From positions 32,001 through 96,000 of the IMG/VR virus record IMGVR_UViG_3300030107_002709: 64,000 nt of DNA; one strand, given 5' to 3'. The notes below the pieces were generated by a model. That model searched no databases, was not told the DNA's origin, and saw nothing but the letters and a program-made list of their open reading frames with translations. Shown here one piece after another: positions 38,462 to 48,400 of the stretch. The translations under genes and the position numbers were made by a program. This DNA comes from a virus. Every line of letters begins with the position of its first letter. Position 1 is the stretch's first letter.

Positions 38462-39258
38462 AATATTTCAAACCCACTATTAAATCCAAAATCATCATCA
38501 GGTGTTACTAGTATATCATCATTAGCATCAATCTGTCCATCTAGATTCTTATCTGTCTTAGCTTTGGGTGTATATTCCATCTTAACAGCACGTCTACCAA
38601 CTGCCTTATCACCAACAGACTCATATACAGTTGCCTTACGAATAATATCTGCCTTGTTGTAAGGACCATATAGGAATGTCTTAGCAGTAAATTGTAATGT
38701 GTATACTACCAACCTACGTTCTAAGAAACTATCATCCCACTCATCTTCCATGTTGATTGAGTTAAGAGTGATAGCAACATCTTTCTTCTCACTCATATCA
38801 GGAACCATGTTCAGAGTGATATTAAAAGCTGGTTGGAAGTATGGTAATATCTGTTCTAGTATTTGTAATCCTGTATCTTGATCTTTAGATAGTATTCCAA
38901 GTTCAAATCCTAGGGTGTATGGTACTGGTACATACTGTACTCTTACCTCACTACCATCACCTTGTATAACATTTTTATATTTCCTTACTGGACTAGTCTT
39001 TCTTGCTGAATCATAATCAATACCAGTCATCTCGAAATACATTCGAGGCATAGTAATAGCAACCTTTTGGGTCTTAGGGTTTTCAAATAAACGATAAAGA
39101 AACTTATTCTTAGGACCATAACCTAATGCTACTTTCTCAGTTTCTATTACCTCATTGTTGAGTGGGTCTTTCTTTTTAATTTCTATATTATTAAAAAGAG
39201 TACCGAACCCTATAACGGTTCTACGAATTGTTTCGTTATAAAAATGTGTTCCTAACAT
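38458..39258 (-). CDS. g15: tail sheath stabiliser gp15
   Basis: FY-ETIRR-VIGFGTLFNNI, PVPY, QILEQILPYFQP. Confidence 0.95.
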   Translation of the reverse strand: MLGTHFYNETIRRTVIGFGTLFNNIEIKKKDPLNNEVIETEKVALGYGPKNKFLYRLFENPKTQKVAITMPRMYFEMTGIDYDSARKTSPVRKYKNVIQGDGSEVRVQYVPVPYTLGFELGILSKDQDTGLQILEQILPYFQPAFNITLNMVPDMSEKKDVAITLNSINMEDEWDDSFLERRLVVYTLQFTAKTFLYGPYNKADIIRKATVYESVGDKAVGRRAVKMEYTPKAKTDKNLDGQIDANDDILVTPDDDFGFNSGFEIL

Positions 39259-40670
39259 CAGAAGCTACCTGTAAAATTACCAAACTCACCAAAGGGGTTG
39301 TCTTCACCCCAATCAATTAATTCATCAGCACCTGTTTCAAATGCTTTATTCTGATCATACTCAGAATTAGTATTATCAATCGTACTAAAGGATCCTAATG
39401 TATATAGGGCATTAGAATCTACCCCTCTTATCAAGTCACCATCTAGGAAGTCACCAGATTTATTCATCATAGCAAGTTCCAAGGTTCCTCCGTTCCAACC
39501 AGAAACCTCACCTATAGTATTGGTAGCAAGATCAAACAACTGAGCTCTCTGACCACTAGTTGTTGTAGTCTCATAAGCATTAATAACATATCTGCTATTA
39601 GCAGAATCATAGTAGAACTCACCCTTAGTTGTTGTTGGAGTCTCACCAGTATATGTGTAACGATACTTTAATCTAAGATCTTCAAAATTCCAGAAGAAGT
39701 ATTTAACTAGAGTTGTTGTAGCAAAGATAGGATCAAAACTAGCAGCATGTTCTACGAAGATAGTACCATCTCCCTGTGAAGCCCAGATCCTATCACCACC
39801 TTGATTCTGGAAGTTACCAGCAACAATATATTCTCTTGCTTGGAAATCAACAGATAAGGCAGGTGCAGCAACAGTTATTGTAGGTGCAGCAGTATATCCA
39901 GTACCAGGATCGGTAATAGTAACAGCATTAACAGTACCATTTAAAACAGTACATGTTGCAGTAGCACGTATATCACCTCCAGCAACATCAGGTGGATCTG
40001 AAATTGTAATCAATGGTGCAGTCCTATATCCACTACCACCACCATCAATTGTAATATCATTCAAACTACCACTTTGTAATGTACCAGTCATAGTAGCAGT
40101 AGTACGTGGTGCACTTAGAGATAGTGTAGTAACATATGTGTTCTCTAGTTCTATCTCATCAATCTCTGCAATACCAGTATCAAACTCATCAGAACCCTGC
40201 TCGTAGATCTCAGCAGTGATCTCATAGTAATAGAGTTTTCCTAACTGATAGAAAGGAGTTTCTCTCTCAACAAACTTAATTTCGTATGCGTTCTCTGTTA
40301 ATGGGTAATATATTAAGTCTCCTTCATTAGGTCTATCAGTAATAGTAAGACCTACAGAAGGTACTACAGACTGTTCCCATCTTCTCTTAGAGAGAATGAA
40401 CTTGATCTCATCAGTGATCCTTACACCAAACTGACTGATGAATTCGGATGGAGATCCAAACCCTTCAACATTAACCAGTAGCATCTCTATCATATATGCT
40501 TGGTTATACTCAGAATGTACTACCTCACCAAGAGTCTTATCCCTAAGCATACTCCTAGGAATATAGTAAACATCAGTACCAAACAACTTGATTTGTTCAT
40601 CAACCAAGTCCTGTACTAGATTCTGTTCAGTGGTAACACCACCGTGTTGAGGAAAGTATACTTTCTTCAT
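39258..40670 (-). CDS. g14: neck protein gp14 with internal insertions
   Basis: EQNLVQDLVDEQIK-FG-DVYYIPR, RPNEGDLIYYP, PFYQLGK, NPFGE. Confidence 0.93.
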   Translation of the reverse strand: MKKVYFPQHGGVTTEQNLVQDLVDEQIKLFGTDVYYIPRSMLRDKTLGEVVHSEYNQAYMIEMLLVNVEGFGSPSEFISQFGVRITDEIKFILSKRRWEQSVVPSVGLTITDRPNEGDLIYYPLTENAYEIKFVERETPFYQLGKLYYYEITAEIYEQGSDEFDTGIAEIDEIELENTYVTTLSLSAPRTTATMTGTLQSGSLNDITIDGGGSGYRTAPLITISDPPDVAGGDIRATATCTVLNGTVNAVTITDPGTGYTAAPTITVAAPALSVDFQAREYIVAGNFQNQGGDRIWASQGDGTIFVEHAASFDPIFATTTLVKYFFWNFEDLRLKYRYTYTGETPTTTKGEFYYDSANSRYVINAYETTTTSGQRAQLFDLATNTIGEVSGWNGGTLELAMMNKSGDFLDGDLIRGVDSNALYTLGSFSTIDNTNSEYDQNKAFETGADELIDWGEDNPFGEFGNFTGSF

Positions 40671-41503
40671 CCTATCATATCCAGTGGTGGTAACTCAAAT
40701 GTGCTGATGGACTTCTCCATAAGCTCATCAATTTCTTCACATGCTTCTTTGTATATTTGCATACCATTTATACTTACTCCACCAGGAAGTTGAACTCCAT
40801 TAAATTTAATTAAGTTCTGACCCCACTGTTTTTTAAGTAAAGCAGTAGCATACTTCTTAAGGAAGAAGTCATCCCAGACCTGTGTATATGTTGCTGGATC
40901 TAATGCCCTCTCACAATCTATAATCAGGAATTGATCCTTAGTAACTCTATTTACATCAATATCAATATAAAGTCTATCTGCTCTAGTATTAAATCTATAA
41001 GTTACTAAAGATCCTGTATTGATAATCATATCAATGGTCTCGAAGTGTTGCTTAACCATGTAGTAGTTAACCATATCAACACCACCAAAAGCAAGACCTG
41101 TTCCTGAAGTATAGGAAAACAAGTCCATTAAGTAATACTGGTTGTTTAGTCCAAACAAACTATTACGAACAAAGTTTGAACTGATACCATAAACCTTAGA
41201 GATACCAAAGATGTGTTCTGGTATCTCTAAAAAATTCTTTCTATTTTCCCATGCTGCTGCATCTGGTGCAGTAGTTGATTGTACTTCGTTCTCTGTTGTA
41301 AACCTAGTTACATCATCTTCTGTAAACTGATGCTTCAAATACATCCTTTCGGATCCATCATAATGCCTCTCATGGAAATATTGGAGAGCATCATCTATCC
41401 GATCATCAATCTGATCATCATCTAAATTAATTTCTAAGACTGGAGCACCTAACTGTCTCAAACAGTAATCTTTAAACTCAGCCTTCGTGCTAGGAGCAGC
41501 CAT
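40667..41503 (-). CDS. g13: neck protein gp13
   Basis: YCLRQLGAPVLEIN, KYATAL-K-QWGQNL-KF-GVQLPGG; CTAAATA at 41529-41535. Confidence 0.95.
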   Translation of the reverse strand: MAAPSTKAEFKDYCLRQLGAPVLEINLDDDQIDDRIDDALQYFHERHYDGSERMYLKHQFTEDDVTRFTTENEVQSTTAPDAAAWENRKNFLEIPEHIFGISKVYGISSNFVRNSLFGLNNQYYLMDLFSYTSGTGLAFGGVDMVNYYMVKQHFETIDMIINTGSLVTYRFNTRADRLYIDIDVNRVTKDQFLIIDCERALDPATYTQVWDDFFLKKYATALLKKQWGQNLIKFNGVQLPGGVSINGMQIYKEACEEIDELMEKSISTFELPPLDMIG

Positions 41504-41547
41504 ACGAATACCAATAGTTTCCTAAAGGTATTTAGCTTGATGCATTT

Positions 41548-42168
41548 CTACCTTGAATCTAAGGGGGTAGTTTTCAATAACATATTACATGATATAACTA
41601 CTCTTTCTTCTTCATGTTCTTGTAACGGAACACCATGAGGAAGATCTGAATGAAATATTAGAAGTCTTCCAGGAGTGCAGGGCAAACCAAACGAAGGTGA
41701 ACTCATATTCTTAAATCCTTGTGGTTCTTCTACTATGTTCTTAGTAAAATCATGGAAAATAATAGTATGTTTTTCTGGATTTGCTTTTAGATAATAAGCA
41801 CAAGAAAGAAAGCTTCCACTATGAGTATGAGGAAATAAGAAGTTTCCTTTATCTGAATGATTGAACCACATACCACCCATGAATAAATCACCTGCTCTCC
41901 TATTAGCATAACCATACTCAACCATAAATCCTCTAGCTACCCTAAGAATTTCTTTACTTAGATCTTTAAATACAGGTAACCTATGCAGAGTTTGTATAGT
42001 AGTATGACTTGAATTTACATTAAGAGCTCCATTACCAGAGGTTTGACCTTTAATATCATCCAGCATCTCAAGCATTCCTGGAATCAAATCCAAACCTATA
42101 TTATCATGGCGACAAATAACTTTAGGAAACACCTCATGTATTTGTGCTTCCTTAGAAAGATCATGCAT
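41548..42168 (-). CDS. putative 2OG-Fe(II) oxygenase (TIGR02466-like)
   Basis: MWFN, PHTHSGSFLSCAYY, IF-SDLPHGV, RVVISCN. Confidence 0.85.
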   Translation of the reverse strand: MHDLSKEAQIHEVFPKVICRHDNIGLDLIPGMLEMLDDIKGQTSGNGALNVNSSHTTIQTLHRLPVFKDLSKEILRVARGFMVEYGYANRRAGDLFMGGMWFNHSDKGNFLFPHTHSGSFLSCAYYLKANPEKHTIIFHDFTKNIVEEPQGFKNMSSPSFGLPCTPGRLLIFHSDLPHGVPLQEHEEERVVISCNMLLKTTPLDSR

Positions 42169-42601
42169 CAGTTGGCGGTGTATATGGGATTTCAGGATTG
42201 TATTCTACTTCTTCTAGGAACCATGCTTCAACAGAAGCAATGTGATCAAAGATTCTCTTCTGCTCTTGGAATTCACAATACCAATATATTTCATCAGCTC
42301 TTACCATACCATCTTCTAGAATATCACTATCACGAATGTGCTCATTCTCTTCTGATTGATTCTTCAAGAAAGCTTCGATAACCATATTCAAATTATGCCC
42401 ATGCTTCGCTTCAACCTTTTGCACTAATTCATATAGAGGAATATCTTTCAGTAGAGGTGGGGTTTCCCTATCAGGATGCTGTTTTAAAACAGGTGTTTTA
42501 TGTCCATATGATACAGGTTTTCCTTTTTCATCAACGTATATTACATCAGGTGATATTTCTTTTGGTGTAGTATCCGCAAAGCCTTTTCCAGATTCGCTCA
42601 T
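42161..42601 (-). CDS. hypothetical protein
   Basis: Start moved to MSESGKGF because the longer ORF starts inside its own promoter. Confidence 0.7.
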   Translation of the reverse strand: MSESGKGFADTTPKEISPDVIYVDEKGKPVSYGHKTPVLKQHPDRETPPLLKDIPLYELVQKVEAKHGHNLNMVIEAFLKNQSEENEHIRDSDILEDGMVRADEIYWYCEFQEQKRIFDHIASVEAWFLEEVEYNPEIPYTPPTDA

Positions 42602-42623
42602 TTTTTCAGATCTAAATAACTCT

Positions 42624-42682
42624 AGTATAACATATTTATCGTCATAAGACAACTTGACATAAGACGGGTTATACTGTACAAT
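42624..42682. promoter_or_regulatory. back-to-back divergent sigma70 promoters
   Basis: Minus: TTGTCT(42652-42647)-17-TATACT. Plus: TTGACA(42654-42659)-17-TACAAT. Confidence 0.82.
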
Positions 42683-42706
42683 TATAACACATGTGGAATA
42701 AGTAAA

Positions 42707-43270
42707 ATGAGTATTAAACTATTGATATTGGAAACTGGCGATACAGTCATAGGTGATATCAAAGAAGTAATGGACAAAGAAAAGAATGAAGCTTTGGGAT
42801 ATAAAGTTGAAGCTCCTTACACTATAGATTTTATGCCTGGTAGTACTCAAAATCTAAATGAAGAAGCTCCTAATCCTGATGATGTTCAGCAAGGTGATAT
42901 TGGATTTAGATTCTGGGCTCCTTTATCTGCAGATAGAGATTTCCAGTTTACTTATGATTTTGTTAGAGTAGTATATGAACCTCATGAGAGTATTCTAACA
43001 GCATACTTAGATGTTCTTGCTAGATATCAGTCAGAGAATACAGTTTTGATAGAACCTGACATGAAAGAAACTGTAGTCAGTGATGACCCTAAAGAGAATA
43101 GAGAGCCTGGAATGGGTGGAAGTCCTGCCGACTTTGCTAATCCAGCAATGGGTCTTGGCCAAATGCAAGAAAATGCAACAGTGGAAGATGGTAATTTAAA
43201 AATTCTTGTTGACTCAGAAGAACCTAATACAAATCTAGAAGATAATAATCAACCAGTAGTTCCAGAATAG
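42707..43270 (+). CDS. Sm-like family protein with acidic tail
   Basis: MSIKLLILETGDTVIGDIKEV...PY...FWAPLS-DRDF...AY; paralogous to 6935-7333. Confidence 0.78.
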   Translation: MSIKLLILETGDTVIGDIKEVMDKEKNEALGYKVEAPYTIDFMPGSTQNLNEEAPNPDDVQQGDIGFRFWAPLSADRDFQFTYDFVRVVYEPHESILTAYLDVLARYQSENTVLIEPDMKETVVSDDPKENREPGMGGSPADFANPAMGLGQMQENATVEDGNLKILVDSEEPNTNLEDNNQPVVPE

Positions 43271-43281
43271 AATATAATATT

Positions 43282-44235
43282 ATGAGTAATACACATATAC
43301 AAGATCAAATAAGCCAATTTGACTTGCATGACTTGCTAGTAACAAATGAAGAATTTGAAATACAAGACATGGGAGACTATGTGATTGTAGATAATATCTT
43401 CAAAGATCCAGATGCTGCTCTTGAAGGACTCCTAAAGTTTCCTTCAGACTCTTCTGATGAAGTTAAAAGACTCATGTACCAAAATGGGGAAACACCTAAG
43501 TTTAAAACTCCTAATGGTATAATACAGTTATTTACAAACCAATACTTTGATAATTGGTTTCAAGAACTTTACAAGATACTAATAGAAGCTGAATTTGTTC
43601 CACATCAAGTTAACACATACTTAGAAGATCCTCAATATATGAGCAGTCTCTCCAGAAGTGGATTGGTATCTGCCCAGTTACAGCATGATAATATGACCAT
43701 ACACAAACGTGCAAACTGGCCATCTCCTCTGTTGGATTTTGAGTATGCGTGTACAGTATTCTTGGGTGATAATATAGATCCTGATAATGGTATATCTTTC
43801 TATCATCTTTTATACAATGATACTAGATATAAAACCATAGAAGATCTTAAAGATATCCGAGATCAGGAAACAATGGAAGCTGTTAAGGATTATTTGAATG
43901 TGTTTGTAACAGTTCAACCAGAACTAGAACCATATCAACCATACGAAAAAACAAAGTACTATGATAAGCATAGGTTCGTAGAAGCAAAGAAAAATAGAAT
44001 GGTTATCTATAAATCTGGTCAGTGGATAACAGATGACTATAACAATAAAGGTGAAAGATATACATTTACCACCAGTATTGTTGTTTCTAAACATCAAAAA
44101 GAAGGTGAGTTGGGAGATGATCCTGCTCAGAATAAATATACTCCATCACCAAGTAACTTTAATGATGAATCATTGAATGAATATACAATGAATAGACCAC
44201 CAGAAGAACCTCAACAATGGGATAGTGATTATTAA
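43282..44235 (+). CDS. DUF6445-like double-stranded beta-helix protein, metal ligands apparently lost
   Basis: VIVDNIFKDPD, NGISFY, KKNRMVIYK, ERYT align with the next gene, but PHID and WH are replaced. Confidence 0.7.
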   Translation: MSNTHIQDQISQFDLHDLLVTNEEFEIQDMGDYVIVDNIFKDPDAALEGLLKFPSDSSDEVKRLMYQNGETPKFKTPNGIIQLFTNQYFDNWFQELYKILIEAEFVPHQVNTYLEDPQYMSSLSRSGLVSAQLQHDNMTIHKRANWPSPLLDFEYACTVFLGDNIDPDNGISFYHLLYNDTRYKTIEDLKDIRDQETMEAVKDYLNVFVTVQPELEPYQPYEKTKYYDKHRFVEAKKNRMVIYKSGQWITDDYNNKGERYTFTTSIVVSKHQKEGELGDDPAQNKYTPSPSNFNDESLNEYTMNRPPEEPQQWDSDY

Positions 44236-44237
44236 CA

Positions 44238-45074
44238 ATGAGAGATTATACTAAAGACAAACTAAAACTATCAGAATATAGTCGCTATACAAGTAGAGAG
44301 CTAGATGAAATATTTGAACTCTCTGAAGATTGTCCTTTGGAAAATAAAGTTGATGAAGAAACTGGTCTAAAGTATGTTACTGTTAACAACTTTTTTAAAA
44401 GACCAGATTATGTTATAGACTTCTTAAAAACTATACCATCTGAAGATAGGACAAAGAGTATAACAGAAGATAGATTTACATACATGAGTAGTAATGCTCC
44501 TGGATTTCAACAACCACTAGAAAGTAAATTAGTAGCACAATTGGGTGATGCTATTTACAATCTAGGAAAAGAAACTGGGTTGCATAAGTATGAAAGAAAT
44601 CAATGTAGTATGGAGTACTATACAAATACTTGTTATCCTGGAATGAAATCTTGTCAAAACAACTGGCTTCCTCATATAGATCCATTTTCAATAGCATGTA
44701 ACATGTATCTTACTCAATGTAATAATACTGGTACATCCTTTTTTAGATTTGTAACTACAGATGGAAAAAAATATTATAATTCAGTACAACTTTCAAGATC
44801 AAGAAAAGCTTGTATTGAGTATCAAGAAAACTTTGAGGAAGAAAAGAGAAAATCTCATACTAGAAATCCTATAGAAGGAACTGATCTAGGAGATTGGGTA
44901 TATTATACTGGAGATTCTGATGATGCTCCATTACCTAAATTTGAAAGATATCATTATATCAAAGCAGAAAGAAATATGTGCTCTATGTACAGAGGAGCAA
45001 GATGGCATGGTATAACATACGATGCTGATAATGAAACAGATATCCGATATTCCCTTGTAGGAATAATTAGATAA
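44238..45074 (+). CDS. DUF6445-like putative Fe(II)/2OG oxygenase
   Basis: VNNFFKRPD, APG, LPHID (HxD), TGTSFF, WHG (distal His), RYS. Confidence 0.75.
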   Translation: MRDYTKDKLKLSEYSRYTSRELDEIFELSEDCPLENKVDEETGLKYVTVNNFFKRPDYVIDFLKTIPSEDRTKSITEDRFTYMSSNAPGFQQPLESKLVAQLGDAIYNLGKETGLHKYERNQCSMEYYTNTCYPGMKSCQNNWLPHIDPFSIACNMYLTQCNNTGTSFFRFVTTDGKKYYNSVQLSRSRKACIEYQENFEEEKRKSHTRNPIEGTDLGDWVYYTGDSDDAPLPKFERYHYIKAERNMCSMYRGARWHGITYDADNETDIRYSLVGIIR

Positions 45075-45104
45075 AAAAAGGAGGGGTTTTATCCCCTCCT
45101 TTTT
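45075..45104. terminator. bidirectional intrinsic terminator between convergent genes
   Basis: AAAAAGGAGGGG-TTTTAT-CCCCTCCTTTTT with A and T tracts on either side. Confidence 0.9.
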
Positions 45105-45111
45105 AATGTTA

Positions 45112-45390
45112 TCACTTAAAGTGTTTTACTGGTGCATATTTATTATGCAGTTCTTCAGCTTGCTTTAAAGCAAGTGGATTCTCAAGGTGTTTTATTGTAA
45201 ATGCAGTCCACTCATTTTCAACTTTGTTCCAATAAGCTTCTAGTGCAGTTCTACTTGAGTCATCATCCTCATTGTGCCAATCCCACCTTTCGGGGGTCAT
45301 GTCTTTGAGTGCTGCCTCTAGGGACTCCAGGGTGCCAGAAGCACCCTTTCCATCTAATCCCCTTGACGAATAGTCATTTAATTGAGCCAT
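45112..45390 (-). CDS. hypothetical protein, last gene of the structural module
   Basis: 92 aa, strong SD AAAGGAG. Confidence 0.75.
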   Translation of the reverse strand: MAQLNDYSSRGLDGKGASGTLESLEAALKDMTPERWDWHNEDDDSSRTALEAYWNKVENEWTAFTIKHLENPLALKQAEELHNKYAPVKHFK

Positions 45391-45408
45391 TTTAGTATCT
45401 CCTTTAGG

Positions 45409-48400
45409 TTATGCTTGTGATTCCTGCCATGTAATTCTAGCAGATATTGAGTAAGGGTTATTTAGTGAAACTCCAGAAGAGTCAACTATGTTTCCTACAA
45501 CTGTTAGAAGGTCAGGTCCATTTGGATAGATACCGTCACCACCTAATATTGAGTTACCCAACGCACTAATCTTCGATAGGTCGAAGTTAGTTGATGCAGT
45601 TTGACCAGATCCAGCACCAGATGCTCTGAACGATAGAATCGTTGAACCAGATGCTAATGTATCGGTAGAACTATGTCTAACCAATTGACATAGTGATGGG
45701 TTTTCAACATTCTCGAAGGTGTCTGTACTCAAGGAAGGATTCAGTCTTAGACTAATCTCTGTCTCGTGAGTAGTCAAGATACCAACAGAGTCAAGCTTAA
45801 GTTGCATTCGGTTGATAATCTCTCTTTCACCTAACGCTCCAGTAATCGAGGAGTCAACTGATGGAGCCAATCTAATTGAAATTAGAGGCATATCGGTTGG
45901 AATCAAGTTCTCGTTACCTGATGGAGCACCAACTGAGAAGGTAGTGCTGTTAGGAACAGCAGGGTTACCTAAGTTGGAGTTGATTTGTGAGTAGTAGTTT
46001 CTTGGGAAGTAATCAGAAGTACCTTCGACATACTTGATGTATACGTAGTAAGTAGATCCTGACTGATATGATCTAGTATCGATCACTCTACCATCAACGA
46101 AGTATCCATTAGCAACAGAACTTTCATAGATGTTAGTGTTAATCGTTAGAATAGAACCATAGGATCCATTATCAAATGGGATTCTGATAAAGTATCTTCT
46201 ATAGTACCAGTTAACTCTTTCTTCAACGATATTAGAGTTGTTATTTGACTGAGCAGCGTTAGCAGAACTGTTGGTATACTTATGAGTAATACCAGATGCA
46301 GTGAATAGATACGCTTCGTCATCCTGGAATGTACCATCCATGATAACTGATGTACCCCAGTGGAACAGAGTTCCAACGTAGTTAGGTTCATCACCATTCT
46401 CAATCTCGTAACGAGCAGGTAGGTTACCTGATCTAAAGTAAGATTCAGTTAGTAAGTTGTTATGCTTGAACTCATGGAAGTACTTAACATGTCCATGCTG
46501 ATCTTTAAATCCAAAGCGGATCTTACCAGCACCATACCAAGAGTAATCCATGTAGCACATCTGGATCTTAGAAGTATCCAAGATGTAAGCAGACTTACCA
46601 AGTCCATCTCCAGTGTCGATGTTCCAATCTGCTCTCGCAACCTTGGTATCAACTGTCTTCGTCATGATAACATCTTCATTAGATGTACCACGATATGATG
46701 GTTGAATTGTTATCTGAGTATTGTTAGAGACCTTAACGACCTTGTAACTCATACCACGAATAACAACCATGTCCTTCACAAGTAACTGTGATGTAAACTT
46801 AGTATCAGTACCAGTAACGATCTGTGAACCCTTAGTTACACTAACAGTTCCAGGAATCTGTTGTACTGAACTTCTACGGCAGCAGTTAATTGTTTGACCA
46901 TCCATCTCATAGAAGAATCCGTTCTGGTCGTCAAACATACCAGCACGTACCATACAGTCGCTCCATGATAGAACAGCTAGTGTTGGGAATCCAGCACCAA
47001 CGGTCTGTGAAGGAACTTTGTTTAGTAGATATGTGAATTTGAATTCGGTATTGACTGCTAATACATCAGTAGTTACGTTAAACTCTGGAGTATCACATTG
47101 AATAATCTTAATAGAAAGTTTTGGACTTAACTGGTGTGGTTTGGATGTTGTACATTCTGCAGTTAGAACTGGATCGAATGTAATTGTCTCACCACTAATT
47201 GTTGCAGTTAAAGGTGCATCAAGATCAACTGTTGTTCCATCAATAATCTTATTGATTCTGGTATCACCACCGATACCAGTACCAGTTACAGGCATGTTGG
47301 TTACAAGTACTGAAGTATCTGCAACAGTTAAGAATGTTGAATCTATTGTACCTGAACATGATTGAGTCTGTATGGAACCAGATTCAGCAAATGTTAAGTT
47401 AACAATTGGAATCTGTGGTGTGAAGTTAATAGCAAGTGAGGTCTGAATACCTTTACCTGACTGATAACGGAAATACTTACGAGTCTGTCTGGAGATTCTG
47501 GAGTTCGGAGACTTAGAAGTACCGATTTCCATACCACCGTCAAACGGTCTGTGTAAGTAGAATCCATCAGGTCTTACATAGATGTAAGAAGGAATCATGT
47601 AGTTAGTACCAGACTGAGTGAATGTCCAAGCAGAATCAACGATTAAGTTGTCATCATCAGTAATAGCAGTAATCATATGTCCTTCAATAACACCAGGTGA
47701 ACCACCTGTTGTATTAACGATCTTGATTGTATCACCAATCTTGAAGAATCTCTGGAAGGCAGCATTAGTACCTGTGACTCTTCTTGATCCAGCTGTAACA
47801 GCAACTGTACCTGTTCCTCCAACTTCACCAGATAGTGCAGCAGAGATCAACTGGTGGAATCCTGATGAGGTTCCTGTGATGTCTACAATGTTAGTTCCAG
47901 CAAGTGCGTCTGCTAGTGACTCACAAAGCTTGAAGTGAGCGTTATCAATAACAACCACATAGTAGTCCTTATTGTCGGTCAAACCAGAAATAGCACTATT
48001 ACCATTAGCATCGTAGATAACTCTAGTACCAGTAGCATAGTAGTGGTTGTTAATGTTGATCCAGTTGTCTGTAGTATCAACATCAGCACCAGAACCATCA
48101 AACTGTTTTATAGAAGGTGGAACTTTGAATGGAATTGAAACTTCAAGTTCTTTCTCAGAGATTGCCTTAACAGTAGTATAAGAACCATCAACAACACCGA
48201 AGTCAGCAGTTGTGTTCTCAAACTCTTGAATACCAGAACCAGTAGTACTGAAGTTGATAGTACTACCACCAACACTGTTCGCTAATACGAATCTGTCTCC
48301 ACTAATAGTTTTAATGTAGTAAGAGTTACCACTTGTTAATCCACCAATAGCACCAGAAGCACCTGTGTACTTAACAACTTCACCGTTAGAGAACTGGTTA

